Part shown: piece by piece, positions 19,129-28,851 of the stretch | Numbering within the stretch: position 1 is the stretch's first letter | Layout: every line of letters starts with the position of its first letter | From: a virus | Virus record (IMG/VR): IMGVR_UViG_3300008952_000003 | Location: 96,001-160,000 of that record | Reading direction: 5' to 3' (one strand) | DNA length: 64,000 bases | Notes under the pieces: generated by a model | The model's input: only the letters and a program-made list of their open reading frames with translations | What the model was told of the DNA's origin: nothing | Databases searched by the model: none | Made by a program: the position numbers and the translations under genes

Positions 19129-19986
19129 TTGGCTAGAAATAAGGACCGCCTTGGTCTGGGAAAAGAAGTAGAGAGCAGTGATCCCCTCGCATCTCCATCC
19201 CCGACAAACTCAGATGGCCCGCTCATATTTGAGACTCCATCCGAATTCGTCGAATTGCCGACAAAGGGGAGGTTTTATTCAGAAAACCATCCGCTTTATA
19301 ACCAAGAGCATATTGAGATAAAGCATATGACCGCAAGAGAGGAGGATATTCTATCTTCTAAATCTCTCTTGAAAAAGGGAATAGCTTTAGATAGATTTGT
19401 TCAGAGTGTGATAAAGGATAAGAGGATAAAAGTAGAGAATCTCTATATTGGAGATAGAAACGCTATTCTTATCGCAGCCAGGGTTACTGGCTATGGTGAG
19501 GAGTATGCAACTCAGATTACGTGCCCATCCTGTATGAGTGTCGAGAGACATTCTTTTGATCTGGACCAGAGGACCCTGACTGAGGGGGTTATCTCTGAGG
19601 GTTCTGACGCAGAATTTACAGATACGGGAACAATAACTACGAGATTGCCTATTTTTAAGGTCAAGACTGAACTCCGACTTCTAACTGTGAAAGAGGAAAA
19701 TTATTTAAGTCGCTTGACAAATAACAAAAAAGATAAGAATCTTCCTGATACGAAATTAACTGACATGTTGAAGATGATCATTGTATCTGTTGAGGGAAAA
19801 GACGATTCAGCCACAATTGCTTCTCTGGTGGATAACCTTCCAGCTAGAGATTCTAAACACTTGAGAGATATCTACACTAAAGCTATCCCAAATGTTAGCA
19901 TGAGACAGAGTTTTGAATGCTCTTCATGTTCTTACGAAGGTGAAACGGAGGTTCCGCTTAATGCGGAGTTCTTTTGGCCTAAGTAA
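19129..19986 (+). CDS. Baseplate hub / tail assembly chaperone (T4 gp26-like)
   Basis: VELPTKGRFY, MTAREEDIL, GDRNAIL, two CxxC pairs (CPSC, CSSC); ends FFWPK. TTG start with GAGG SD. Confidence 0.8.
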   Translation: MARNKDRLGLGKEVESSDPLASPSPTNSDGPLIFETPSEFVELPTKGRFYSENHPLYNQEHIEIKHMTAREEDILSSKSLLKKGIALDRFVQSVIKDKRIKVENLYIGDRNAILIAARVTGYGEEYATQITCPSCMSVERHSFDLDQRTLTEGVISEGSDAEFTDTGTITTRLPIFKVKTELRLLTVKEENYLSRLTNNKKDKNLPDTKLTDMLKMIIVSVEGKDDSATIASLVDNLPARDSKHLRDIYTKAIPNVSMRQSFECSSCSYEGETEVPLNAEFFWPK

Positions 19987-20158
19987 CGAATACATAGAAA
20001 GCGTATACGAAGAGATTTTCACTTTGAAATATCACGGTGCTTGGTCATTTTATGAAGCCTATAGTCTGCCGATTCAGATAAGACGATGGTTCTTGAATCG
20101 CCTGGTTAGGCAATTTGAAATGGAAAGACAACAGATGGAGAAATCTTCAAAGAAATAA
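19961..20158 (+). CDS. gp51-like / tail chaperone C-terminal segment (own ATG or reached by +1 frameshift)
   Basis: +1 frame overlapping the end of the gp26-like gene; IFTLKYHGAWSFYEAYSLPIQIRRWF resembles T4 gp51-like segments. Confidence 0.65.
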   Translation: MRSSFGLSNEYIESVYEEIFTLKYHGAWSFYEAYSLPIQIRRWFLNRLVRQFEMERQQMEKSSKK

Positions 20159-20190
20159 AAGCCGAATTTTTAGTTTTCGGCTTTTATTTT
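20153..20190. terminator. Bidirectional-type intrinsic terminator
   Basis: Perfect 14-bp stem AAATAAAAGCCGAA / TTCGGCTTTTATTT with a 9-nt loop. Confidence 0.8.
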
Positions 20191-20198
20191 GGTAAATA

Positions 20199-20206
20199 AC
20201 TATTTA
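20199..20206 (+). promoter_or_regulatory. Putative late promoter motif ACTATTTA
   Basis: 5 nt upstream of GTG 20212. Confidence 0.55.
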
Positions 20207-20211
20207 ATACA

Positions 20212-20583
20212 GTGGGGGAGTTTATCTTGGATAATATTCTGAACGAAGACAAGATCGTCAAAATTAAGATAGATTTTGATGAACTTAGAAAGAATGAAAT
20301 AAATGAAAGCTTTTTGGCCATGTTCGCCGGAACCATCAAAAGTATAATGAAGTATATATTTGCATCTCCAGGCGGCCACGTCCCAAGGGATTTTTTTGAA
20401 TTCAAAGGCAGAAGGGGAGATATCAGTTCTTTTGCTCGGACACTCGGAAATGAAAAGAAGTATCTAGAAGCATTTAAGAAGAATGGTTTAGATCACCCGG
20501 ACACCTATAAATCAAAAAGCGCTTTAGATAGATCCATAAAAAACTTCGAGAAGAGCACTGGCTTAAAGTGGCCCTATAAATAA
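20212..20583 (+). CDS. Hypothetical tail-region protein
   Basis: 123-aa ORF between the chaperone and tape measure genes; GTG start without SD. Confidence 0.6.
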   Translation: MGEFILDNILNEDKIVKIKIDFDELRKNEINESFLAMFAGTIKSIMKYIFASPGGHVPRDFFEFKGRRGDISSFARTLGNEKKYLEAFKKNGLDHPDTYKSKSALDRSIKNFEKSTGLKWPYK

Positions 20584-20600
20584 GAGGAGTACTTAGATAG

Positions 20601-22844
20601 ATGGCTGAAGAAGATGGTGATTTAGGTGATCTAGCTGCCACTGCAACAACAGTTGCTAACTTATTGCAACAGCTTGGCAAATTAAAGGAAGTTAAGGAAA
20701 CCACGACCGATATTCGCGCCCAAAGAGAGGCCATGTATGAGATAGCCAAGCTCGAATTGAAGTTGCGAGGAGAAGAAGTTTCTCTTGCGGCCCTCGCCCT
20801 AGATAATCAAAAAGAATCAGCAGAAGCCTGGGATCAGACATTCCAGAACATGCTCGGTGTGAGTGATAAGTGGAAATCTTCTAATCTCGGAAGACTTATG
20901 CAGCCAGGTGGACTCGATGGCTTTATTAACAGTATGAAAACTACTTTTACTTGGAGCAATCTTGCTGTTAGTTCACTGACGAAGACCGTGGAAATCGCCG
21001 GCGCTCTTGTCGCCATGAGTTGGTCATTGGCAAAAAGTCAAGATGAGGCTATGGTAGCTTTCAACAAGACTACTGGCGCCTCTAGACTTTATGGGGAAGA
21101 ACTATTGAGATTGGAGTCCTCCATGTATCACCACGGCGTGACCATGGAAGAGGCAGGAGCCGCCTATGCCTCAATGACAACTAACGTTAAGAATCTCAAG
21201 GGCATGTCAGAAATATCAAGAAAGGATCTTGCAGAAACAACAGTAGTACTTGCTCAGCTTGGCGTGAATGCCGACACCACAACTGCAAACTTCCAATTTC
21301 TAACAGCAGCTATGGGATATTCCGCCTCAGAAGCAAATAACTTATCAAGAGAAATGTTTGTACTTGCCCAAGAGATAGGCATGCCCCCAGAGGAGATGGC
21401 CCAAGGACTACAGGGCGCCGCCCCAGCCATGGCTAAATTCGGCTCTCAAAGTGGTGAGATGTATAAGAAGCTCGCCGTTAATGCTCGTGCTGCAAATATG
21501 GAAGTTCCGCAGTTGTTGGGAATTATTGAAAAATTTGATACTTTTGAGGGAGCAGCCCAATCGGTTGGGCAACTCAATGCAATCCTCGGAGGCCCATTCT
21601 TGAATTCTTTGGAAATGGTACAAACAACGGACCCAGTAGAGAGAATGAAACTCCTGAGTGACGCAGCAAATCAGGCTGGGACAAGCTTTGATGACATGAG
21701 TTATTACCAGAGAATAGCCCTGACTGAAGCAATGGGACTAAAAGACGTTTCAGAATTGGCCCTTGTTATGGCAGGTAGCTTCGACGAAGCAGTGCCAGCA
21801 ATGAAAAAAACGCAAGCCGAATTGGCAGAGATTGCAAAACAATCGAACGAGTTCAATACTTTGGCAGAAGAGTGGAGTCAGATACTGAGGATGTTGACAG
21901 TAGATCTTTTTGGCGGCGTGATACCAGCACTCAAGGGGTTCTTGCAGGGAATTCAAGACGCTAACCAAGCAATGGGAGGTCTCCTGATACCAGCACTAGC
22001 AGGCATGATATTGGGAACTGGCGCCGCAGCTACGATAGTTTTCGGGCTCGCTGCAGCAGTTCAAGCATCTCTTCCGTTCGTCCTGTTACTGGGCCCAGGC
22101 CTTGGTGCCACAGGTGCAGGAGGCACCGCCGCCGCAGCAGGAGTAGCTTCATTCTCCGGTGCCCTCGCGGCATCAACTCCAGTTATAATGTCGTCCGCAT
22201 CTGCTGTTGGGTCATTTACTCCAATAATCCTTGGCCTCGGCGCCGCAGCATTTATGGCTGGCGCCGGAATATACTTGGCCCTCTCTGGCGTGACTGGCTT
22301 GATGAGCGCGATAGACGCCGATACTGTGATGCAAAAGGTTCTTTCATTAAATAGCTTGTCTTTCGCGCTTGGTAGTTTGGTCCTTTCTTCTGCCCTCATG
22401 CCATTTGTCGCAGGCAATTTGTGGCAATTAATCGCCACCCTAAATGCTATCGATGGAGATAATCTTATTCCAGTGGCAGAAATGTTTAGCAGCATTAACT
22501 CGATTCTCGACAGGGACCTAGAAGGCTTAACGAAGGTAGAGCAAACTATTGCCAGGGTTGCTGCTTCCATAAATTCAATCGATAGCTCTGAAAAAGTATT
22601 TGCAGTGAAACAACTGATTGATTCTGTCAATGCTGCTACGGCCCGGCCCGCAGCAGCCGCAACAACGACGGCCCTCGCGGCCCAATCCGCGGCCCGGCCC
22701 GCAGCAGCCGCAACAACGACGGCCCTCGCGGCCCAATCCGCAGGTGCTCTAAATAGGCCGATTCAAATCTCACTAAATGTCGCAGGCAGAGAGTGGCTAA
22801 GCTTGCAGACAGATACTCTAGATAAGCTGTTAAACCAATATTGA
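20601..22844 (+). CDS. Tape measure protein
   Basis: 747 aa, alpha-helical, Ala/Gly-rich with a hydrophobic central/C-terminal stretch; canonical position after tube and chaperone genes. Confidence 0.8.
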   Translation: MAEEDGDLGDLAATATTVANLLQQLGKLKEVKETTTDIRAQREAMYEIAKLELKLRGEEVSLAALALDNQKESAEAWDQTFQNMLGVSDKWKSSNLGRLMQPGGLDGFINSMKTTFTWSNLAVSSLTKTVEIAGALVAMSWSLAKSQDEAMVAFNKTTGASRLYGEELLRLESSMYHHGVTMEEAGAAYASMTTNVKNLKGMSEISRKDLAETTVVLAQLGVNADTTTANFQFLTAAMGYSASEANNLSREMFVLAQEIGMPPEEMAQGLQGAAPAMAKFGSQSGEMYKKLAVNARAANMEVPQLLGIIEKFDTFEGAAQSVGQLNAILGGPFLNSLEMVQTTDPVERMKLLSDAANQAGTSFDDMSYYQRIALTEAMGLKDVSELALVMAGSFDEAVPAMKKTQAELAEIAKQSNEFNTLAEEWSQILRMLTVDLFGGVIPALKGFLQGIQDANQAMGGLLIPALAGMILGTGAAATIVFGLAAAVQASLPFVLLLGPGLGATGAGGTAAAAGVASFSGALAASTPVIMSSASAVGSFTPIILGLGAAAFMAGAGIYLALSGVTGLMSAIDADTVMQKVLSLNSLSFALGSLVLSSALMPFVAGNLWQLIATLNAIDGDNLIPVAEMFSSINSILDRDLEGLTKVEQTIARVAASINSIDSSEKVFAVKQLIDSVNAATARPAAAATTTALAAQSAARPAAAATTTALAAQSAGALNRPIQISLNVAGREWLSLQTDTLDKLLNQY
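22640..22741 (+). repeat. Exact 2 x 51-bp tandem duplication (ARPAAAATTTALAAQSA)
   Basis: Read directly; GC-rich and in frame near the TMP C-terminus. Confidence 0.95.
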
Positions 22845-22877
22845 GATATTTAATGGTTGTATCTTTTTGGTTAACAC

Positions 22878-22885
22878 TCTATTTA
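22878..22885 (+). promoter_or_regulatory. Late motif variant TCTATTTA
   Basis: Upstream of the baseplate genes. Confidence 0.5.
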
Positions 22886-22910
22886 ATAAGCAGAAGGAAT
22901 ACATTTTGTA

Positions 22911-23858
22911 ATGGCTAATTTTGGAAAAAATAGAAAAGATTTAACTTTTCAAGACCCGAGTGATTTATATGCAAATCAAAAAGAACTATTTATTGAGTTT
23001 GAATATATTTTCGGAAATCCAGAAGCCAACAAAGTTGCATTCAAAGCATTTATAACAGATTACTCAGACGAATTTGTGTCAGAGTGGAATTCGGAAGCAG
23101 TCTATGGAAGACCAGACCCGATTCACACTTTCTCAAACACCTCCAGGAAGATTACAATTGGGTGGAAAGTCCCGTCTGCAGATCTTACAGAGGCCAGAGA
23201 AAATATGGCTAAAGCATCACAAATGATGAGATTTCTTTATCCCACATATCTTACTCCAGGTAACGCATCTACCATATTTAAGCCACCATTATTGCGCTTT
23301 AGGTTTGTAAATTTGGCAAAGAAAAATGGCTCTCAGGGCCTCCTGGGGAAGCCAAATGGATTTACTTTTTCTCCCGACATGGAGGAGGGGTGGTATGACG
23401 CCGATTTTAACTTGGGCGCCTCCGGGATGACCAATCTGTTGTATCCCAAATTATTAACTTTTCAATGCACGTTTGACGTGATTCACGAGCACCATCTTGG
23501 CTGGCATGAAGGAAATTGGGAAGTCCTCCCGGCCATACCATTTGCCCTGGATGTCGAGAGGGATTCATTTCCGTTTCTTTCTACTGCAACGAGTGCGAAT
23601 ACCATCTTGGGAGTTCCCATCGCAGAAGAGAAGATAGGGGATGTGCAAGATAACTATGCAGATTCCGGCGCCGTAGCCCTCCCTCCTGCTGATTCAACAT
23701 CGCGCGCCCAAGAAGAGGGCGGATCATCAGATTCTGACGAGGTAAATGCAGCAAGCCAAACAGCGCCAGAACCTCTCCCAACTAATCTGACACCAGAAGT
23801 AACTGAGGAGCAAATAGCGCTTGAAAATGAATATTTTGATCCCCAATCTATCTCGTAG
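22911..23858 (+). CDS. Baseplate tail-tube initiator/cap-like protein (gp48/gp54-like)
   Basis: FKAFITDYSDEF.SEWNSEAVYGRPDPIHTF.NT.RKIT pattern; follows the TMP. Confidence 0.65.
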   Translation: MANFGKNRKDLTFQDPSDLYANQKELFIEFEYIFGNPEANKVAFKAFITDYSDEFVSEWNSEAVYGRPDPIHTFSNTSRKITIGWKVPSADLTEARENMAKASQMMRFLYPTYLTPGNASTIFKPPLLRFRFVNLAKKNGSQGLLGKPNGFTFSPDMEEGWYDADFNLGASGMTNLLYPKLLTFQCTFDVIHEHHLGWHEGNWEVLPAIPFALDVERDSFPFLSTATSANTILGVPIAEEKIGDVQDNYADSGAVALPPADSTSRAQEEGGSSDSDEVNAASQTAPEPLPTNLTPEVTEEQIALENEYFDPQSIS

Positions 23859-23869
23859 GAAAATATAGT

Positions 23870-24220
23870 ATGTCCAATAGAAATAATAATAGAGTAATCA
23901 GAACAAACGGCGCACAGATTTATAAAGAGAAGCTGAAGAAGAAGGGTCTAAAAAAGATCCAACAATATACAACTCCAATTTTTAATGAACTAACTGCAAA
24001 GAAGAGGGGCTCTCTAGAGAGAGTGAGGCACATATGGTCTCGTGGCGATCGATTATATAAGCTTGCTTCGAAATACTACGGAGATCCAGAATTGTGGTGG
24101 CTCATCGCTTGGTACAATCAAAAGCCAACTGAAAGCCACTTTAAGCTTGGTCAGACTGTCCTGATACCGCTCCCCCTCGAAGATATTTTGGGATACTATT
24201 ATCAAAGTGATGTGAGATAA
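23870..24220 (+). CDS. LysM-like baseplate wedge protein (gp53-like)
   Basis: HIWSRGDRLYKLASKYYGDPELWWLIAWYN...G..VLIP. Confidence 0.8.
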   Translation: MSNRNNNRVIRTNGAQIYKEKLKKKGLKKIQQYTTPIFNELTAKKRGSLERVRHIWSRGDRLYKLASKYYGDPELWWLIAWYNQKPTESHFKLGQTVLIPLPLEDILGYYYQSDVR

Positions 24221-24223
24221 GAA

Positions 24224-27200
24224 ATGGGACACTTGGGACACTATCATGATTTAATAACCTCACTTACGTTTGAGACTGAATCTGGGATAGAATCAGGCAC
24301 AATCGGTGCAATCAAGATCAAGGAGCTTATTCGCGGTGATACTTGGGGTGCAATCAAAGCCACTGGGCCCCCTGGCCTGCTCGTGGAAACCGCCACTTCC
24401 ATCGCAGGTACCCTAACTCCAAACGTGACTTCGACAGCCAAGCTACAAGAAGAGTTGAATAATTTCAAATACAACAGCGAAATCACATTCAAAGTCTTTA
24501 TAGAGTCTACTGGGGTTAGCCCTGCTGCTTTCGGGGCATCCGAGAGCGATGACAGAAAAGACGTTATAGAGGACAATGTTGGAATCAGTGCCCTCGATAT
24601 TTTGGCATACAATCTTCTTGAGTCGGACACCTATACGACTTTATTGGCCCTACAAGAAGATAACTTGAGATCGGGCCGCTCCGAAGATCTGGTTAGTACC
24701 GACTCCGAGTTGCTCGGCGCCGCCGCCATCGATCTAGCCATAGGCCCTTCAGGGAGATTGGCCTACGAAGCCGCGTCCGCGGCCCTCTCTTTGATCAAGG
24801 AGGAAGAAGACCTCCAAGCCTTGGAGGAAAGACACAACCAGTTCCTAAAGGGTGGCGCGGAGGCAAAAGAAGCGTCAAAAGAAGATATAGAGAAATCAGC
24901 ACAGGATGTCAAAATTCACATGCAGTCACTATTGGCATCCCACTTGACAACGCTCGCAGCCTTCAACAAGGGCGCCCGCGCAGAATTGATGCCACGCTAT
25001 GAGAAGACATTTTTGTTGGACGGCCCTCCTTCCCAACTGGTGAACAAACTAACATATGTTCCGGGCTCAGAGGCGTTTGCCAATATAACGGTTCCGGAAG
25101 CATCTTCTCTGGTTCCAATGATTAGATTATTTAAGGTTTTGTATAATTCGAAGGGCGAACTCGACAGAGAGAGGCCAGAGATTGAGTTAATTTTCAAAAC
25201 GTTTACTGATGTCGATAGCGATTTCATGTCGGGCAACGGCGCCGGAAGATCCGGAGTGGGAATAAAATCGTTTGATTGGCAATACAATGGAACAAATCCA
25301 GCAACCGTCAAGAACGATATAACTGCGAAACTAGTGCTATACTTTCAGAACTTTAATGATCTCTTAAAGGAGCAAGAAAATGGATTTAAATATGTTGATT
25401 TGTTGATACGCAGTAGCCCGACTGGAGAAGCAGATAAAGATAAATCAATAGAAGATCCAAATGAAACTGGGATCGTAGAAAATAAATCTACAACAACCGG
25501 CGATTCAAAGAACTTTGAAATAAAAGCTCAAGTCGGATGGTCTCCAAATCCACAATACGCCGAAGAGGTGAGCGTAAATCCAGATTTGGCAAAGAGTATA
25601 AAAAATCAACAGGTAAGTCTGTTCCTTACCCTCGTAGAGCACGAGTTTAGCATCAGACAGGATGGAACTTTTGAGTTGACAATCGATTATCGAGGAAGAA
25701 TAGACGGAATTATGATGGAAAAGCGAGCAGACGTCATCCTCGATGGAGAGGTTCAGAGGCAAATGTGCGAACTTACCAACAAGTTAGAGGAGGCAAAGTC
25801 CGGCTGCTTTCAGGACGAAATCGAAGGCCTCGAAGAGCAGATAGAAGAAGTAAAAACTAGAGCTAAATTTGAATCACACACTAAGATATTTACAGATTTA
25901 CTAAGCACTGGAAGACTTTACTATGCCAAAATTGATAAAAACGCTTGGGAGGAAGCTGATAAAAAAATAGTAAATTTGCAGCCAGGAGACATTGGGATAT
26001 CCACGGATGAAGCAAGCGTTCTTTATCAGGCGGACGCAGATATATTGAAGAAAGAGATGCAAATCGCTTTTGGCGAGCGCCCCGATGTTAATGTCGGAGG
26101 CTGCACCTCTTTGAGTGAAAGGTCCGCACAATTGCTCTCCCCCTTTACTGTCGTTAACGACGCGGCATGGAATTTCGGCCTTGATCTGGTGGGCATAGAT
26201 CCTCTTGGTCACGACGGTTCGGCCTACAGCCTAGCTCCTGATGATAGTGAATTTTGGCAGTGTTTCAAGGACCAATATAACTATGTATCTGGCCAAGAGA
26301 CCCCAGGGGGAGAGTTGCAGGTCGCCGATGAGGTGGAATTTAAAAATGGCCAACTTGGTGAGAAATACGGTCTCCGCGAAGACGATGGCGCACTAATCAT
26401 TCCCTACTTCTTTCTTGGGGATCTAATCGATATTGCGGCCCGCAAGGCCCTCGGGAGCCAAAACGAGACATCTGACGAATCAGAGTGTAATACCTATTTT
26501 CACCCAAACAGGGTTGATCACTTGGGAATAATATTGGGATGCTTAGAGATAGCTCCCCACGGAAATCAAACGGGCTGGCAGCAAATTAATATTGGAGACA
26601 TTCCTATATGTCTTCCTTATTTTAGAGATTGGTGGGCTCGCCATACTACAAAATCCTCAAAAAATAACTATCCATTGATTAAATTCATTCGCGATTGTCT
26701 CAAGGATTTCGCGCTGGAAGCCCTCGGAGACGATCTTTTCGACGGAATGAGATCCCAAAAACTCCTAATAAGAGACGCGTCAATTAATATCCCAGCACAT
26801 ACGCCAGGAATAAATCCCATAAGGCAGAGAATTAGAGAATCGATAAGCGAGCCAGCATATCACGATAAACTTATAGCATCCAGATTAGATCTTAGTATGA
26901 TACCAAACTCTAGACCTATGCAGCTTGTCAATTCGCCAAATTTGACACCGAATGACATGTATTTTTACAAGGTATTTTATTTGGTGAATGACTCTCCGGA
27001 TTATCTGAAGGGAAATAAGGCCGAAGATCTAGAAAGAGGCATACAGCACGTAGTAATGGGTTCCAGATCTGGACTCCTCAAGGAAGCTAACTTTTCAAGA
27101 TCTACGGCAGCAGGACTTCGAGAACAAAGAGTGGTAGAAGAATCAGAGTTTAATCCCCTCTCTCATTTAGCGGATGTCTATAACATCGATGTGAGAATGA

Positions 27201-27547
27201 TAGGGAATACCATGTTTTTTCCTGGTCAATACGTCTACTTAAATCCAATAGGTTTTGGCACCAAGCTGGGAAACCCTTCGGATCCTGGCTCGCCATCGCG
27301 AGCTATGGGATTGGGAGGATATCACTTGATTACACAAGTTTCTAGTTTCATTGATGCTGGAAAATTTGAGACATCCATTGAGGCTCTTTGGGAAACCAGT
27401 GGAGGCGAAGGATCTCGCAGAAACGAGAGAGGACAAAGAACCGAGACAACAAAGTGTTCTTCAAAGGTCGGTACTTTAAACGACGCCCTTGCATCCGCTA
27501 TAGCAGGATCCACAGGAACTGATAGCACCATAGAACTTCCAGAATAA
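24224..27547 (+). CDS. Large baseplate hub protein (gp27/late-control-D-like)
   Basis: 1107 aa; C-terminal IDVRMIGNTMFFPGQYVYL...LGLGGYHLITQVSS.I..GKFETSIE hub motif. Confidence 0.6.
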   Translation: MGHLGHYHDLITSLTFETESGIESGTIGAIKIKELIRGDTWGAIKATGPPGLLVETATSIAGTLTPNVTSTAKLQEELNNFKYNSEITFKVFIESTGVSPAAFGASESDDRKDVIEDNVGISALDILAYNLLESDTYTTLLALQEDNLRSGRSEDLVSTDSELLGAAAIDLAIGPSGRLAYEAASAALSLIKEEEDLQALEERHNQFLKGGAEAKEASKEDIEKSAQDVKIHMQSLLASHLTTLAAFNKGARAELMPRYEKTFLLDGPPSQLVNKLTYVPGSEAFANITVPEASSLVPMIRLFKVLYNSKGELDRERPEIELIFKTFTDVDSDFMSGNGAGRSGVGIKSFDWQYNGTNPATVKNDITAKLVLYFQNFNDLLKEQENGFKYVDLLIRSSPTGEADKDKSIEDPNETGIVENKSTTTGDSKNFEIKAQVGWSPNPQYAEEVSVNPDLAKSIKNQQVSLFLTLVEHEFSIRQDGTFELTIDYRGRIDGIMMEKRADVILDGEVQRQMCELTNKLEEAKSGCFQDEIEGLEEQIEEVKTRAKFESHTKIFTDLLSTGRLYYAKIDKNAWEEADKKIVNLQPGDIGISTDEASVLYQADADILKKEMQIAFGERPDVNVGGCTSLSERSAQLLSPFTVVNDAAWNFGLDLVGIDPLGHDGSAYSLAPDDSEFWQCFKDQYNYVSGQETPGGELQVADEVEFKNGQLGEKYGLREDDGALIIPYFFLGDLIDIAARKALGSQNETSDESECNTYFHPNRVDHLGIILGCLEIAPHGNQTGWQQINIGDIPICLPYFRDWWARHTTKSSKNNYPLIKFIRDCLKDFALEALGDDLFDGMRSQKLLIRDASINIPAHTPGINPIRQRIRESISEPAYHDKLIASRLDLSMIPNSRPMQLVNSPNLTPNDMYFYKVFYLVNDSPDYLKGNKAEDLERGIQHVVMGSRSGLLKEANFSRSTAAGLREQRVVEESEFNPLSHLADVYNIDVRMIGNTMFFPGQYVYLNPIGFGTKLGNPSDPGSPSRAMGLGGYHLITQVSSFIDAGKFETSIEALWETSGGEGSRRNERGQRTETTKCSSKVGTLNDALASAIAGSTGTDSTIELPE

Positions 27548-27562
27548 AAGGTAACAATAGAG

Positions 27563-28849
27563 ATGGCTAACAATTTTTTAATCAATAACGACATTTTTTT
27601 TGGTAAAAATGATTTAGATTCGCAAGATTATTTTTATTCTAGAATGGCCTACTCAGTATATGCTTTTCGTGATCACGAGGAAATGAAAAAGAAGGGGGTG
27701 ATTAGGGATTTTTGGTTCGCAGAGAATATGTTATATGGAAAAGTTAATTCCTCTTTTTTTGCCATCGAGCCCAGACATGAGGTATTGGTACCCATCCAGG
27801 GAACTGACGATCAGTTTACTCTCCCTTTCATCGCTGATGCCTTTAATGAGTTTGAAAAAGAGATTCGAAATGCGATTTTGTCTGGAAAGATTAGCAATAT
27901 GCCGTTCTTGAGGCAACTTAAGGTCTACAAATCAACCGAATCGATAAATCGACTATATTCTGGATTGACAACAATTATGACAAGCAAGATTGTTAGGCTC
28001 TTGACAAAGACCAGAAAATCTGATAATATAATAAACTTTGAAGATTTTATGGTACACTTTGAAGATTTTATGCTGGAATACAGCAATAACAATATCGTAA
28101 CCAAATCATCCTTCGTGATGTCCAATGACGTCGGCCTCCCGCATACTGCCTTGGCTCTGGAGCTTGCAGAAGCAGAATACGCATCAGATTTCGAAAAAGC
28201 CAACGACTTCATCAATGACCCAGAATACGCCTATTATCTTAAAGTAGCTGAGAAATACGGGTTTTATGTTGACAAGAATGTTCCTTGGCGACTTGTAGCA
28301 AACCTATCTTCTCGCGCCATGCAACTCTTCATAGAGGAGTCTGGAAGCTCCAGCGGACTGGATTCGATCTTGGCATCAAATTTTCGAAAAGCGTACATCA
28401 ATGATCTTGGTGCTTTGAAGTTCTGTGCCTACAATGCTTACAGCACAATTGTATCTTCGAGACCAAACATTTCCAAGACATTTCAAGAAAATAGAAAGCT
28501 GTTCACCTCATTTGAAAAAAGAATTCCAGTCACCCCCGAAGAGGTAGATGTCTTATATCCCGATGAAAGGTGGCTGCAGCTATATATTAAGATCAAGAAC
28601 AATGAAAAGAAGCTTGATTTTAACGAGCAAGAAATCAAGAGAATAACAAAAAATTCAATTAGTTTAAAGAATTTGCTTGACACGAGGGAAGCAATGGGGT
28701 ATATTAATAGAGTGTTTCGAGATATTCCGTCATTAGAGGGATCATTCAATGATCTTCAGAATAAGAACTTTTTTAAAAATGTAAAAGATCGCCCATTTTC
28801 AGATTATAGAAATTTCCTAACAAAAACGACCAAAATAAAAAAGAGGTAA
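27563..28849 (+). CDS. Hypothetical protein, possible degenerate M15/VanY-like peptidase fold
   Basis: ADAFNEF..., PHTALALE and AEKYGF......PWR echo M15 motifs; catalytic residues altered. Confidence 0.4.
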   Translation: MANNFLINNDIFFGKNDLDSQDYFYSRMAYSVYAFRDHEEMKKKGVIRDFWFAENMLYGKVNSSFFAIEPRHEVLVPIQGTDDQFTLPFIADAFNEFEKEIRNAILSGKISNMPFLRQLKVYKSTESINRLYSGLTTIMTSKIVRLLTKTRKSDNIINFEDFMVHFEDFMLEYSNNNIVTKSSFVMSNDVGLPHTALALELAEAEYASDFEKANDFINDPEYAYYLKVAEKYGFYVDKNVPWRLVANLSSRAMQLFIEESGSSSGLDSILASNFRKAYINDLGALKFCAYNAYSTIVSSRPNISKTFQENRKLFTSFEKRIPVTPEEVDVLYPDERWLQLYIKIKNNEKKLDFNEQEIKRITKNSISLKNLLDTREAMGYINRVFRDIPSLEGSFNDLQNKNFFKNVKDRPFSDYRNFLTKTTKIKKR

Positions 28850-28851
28850 GA

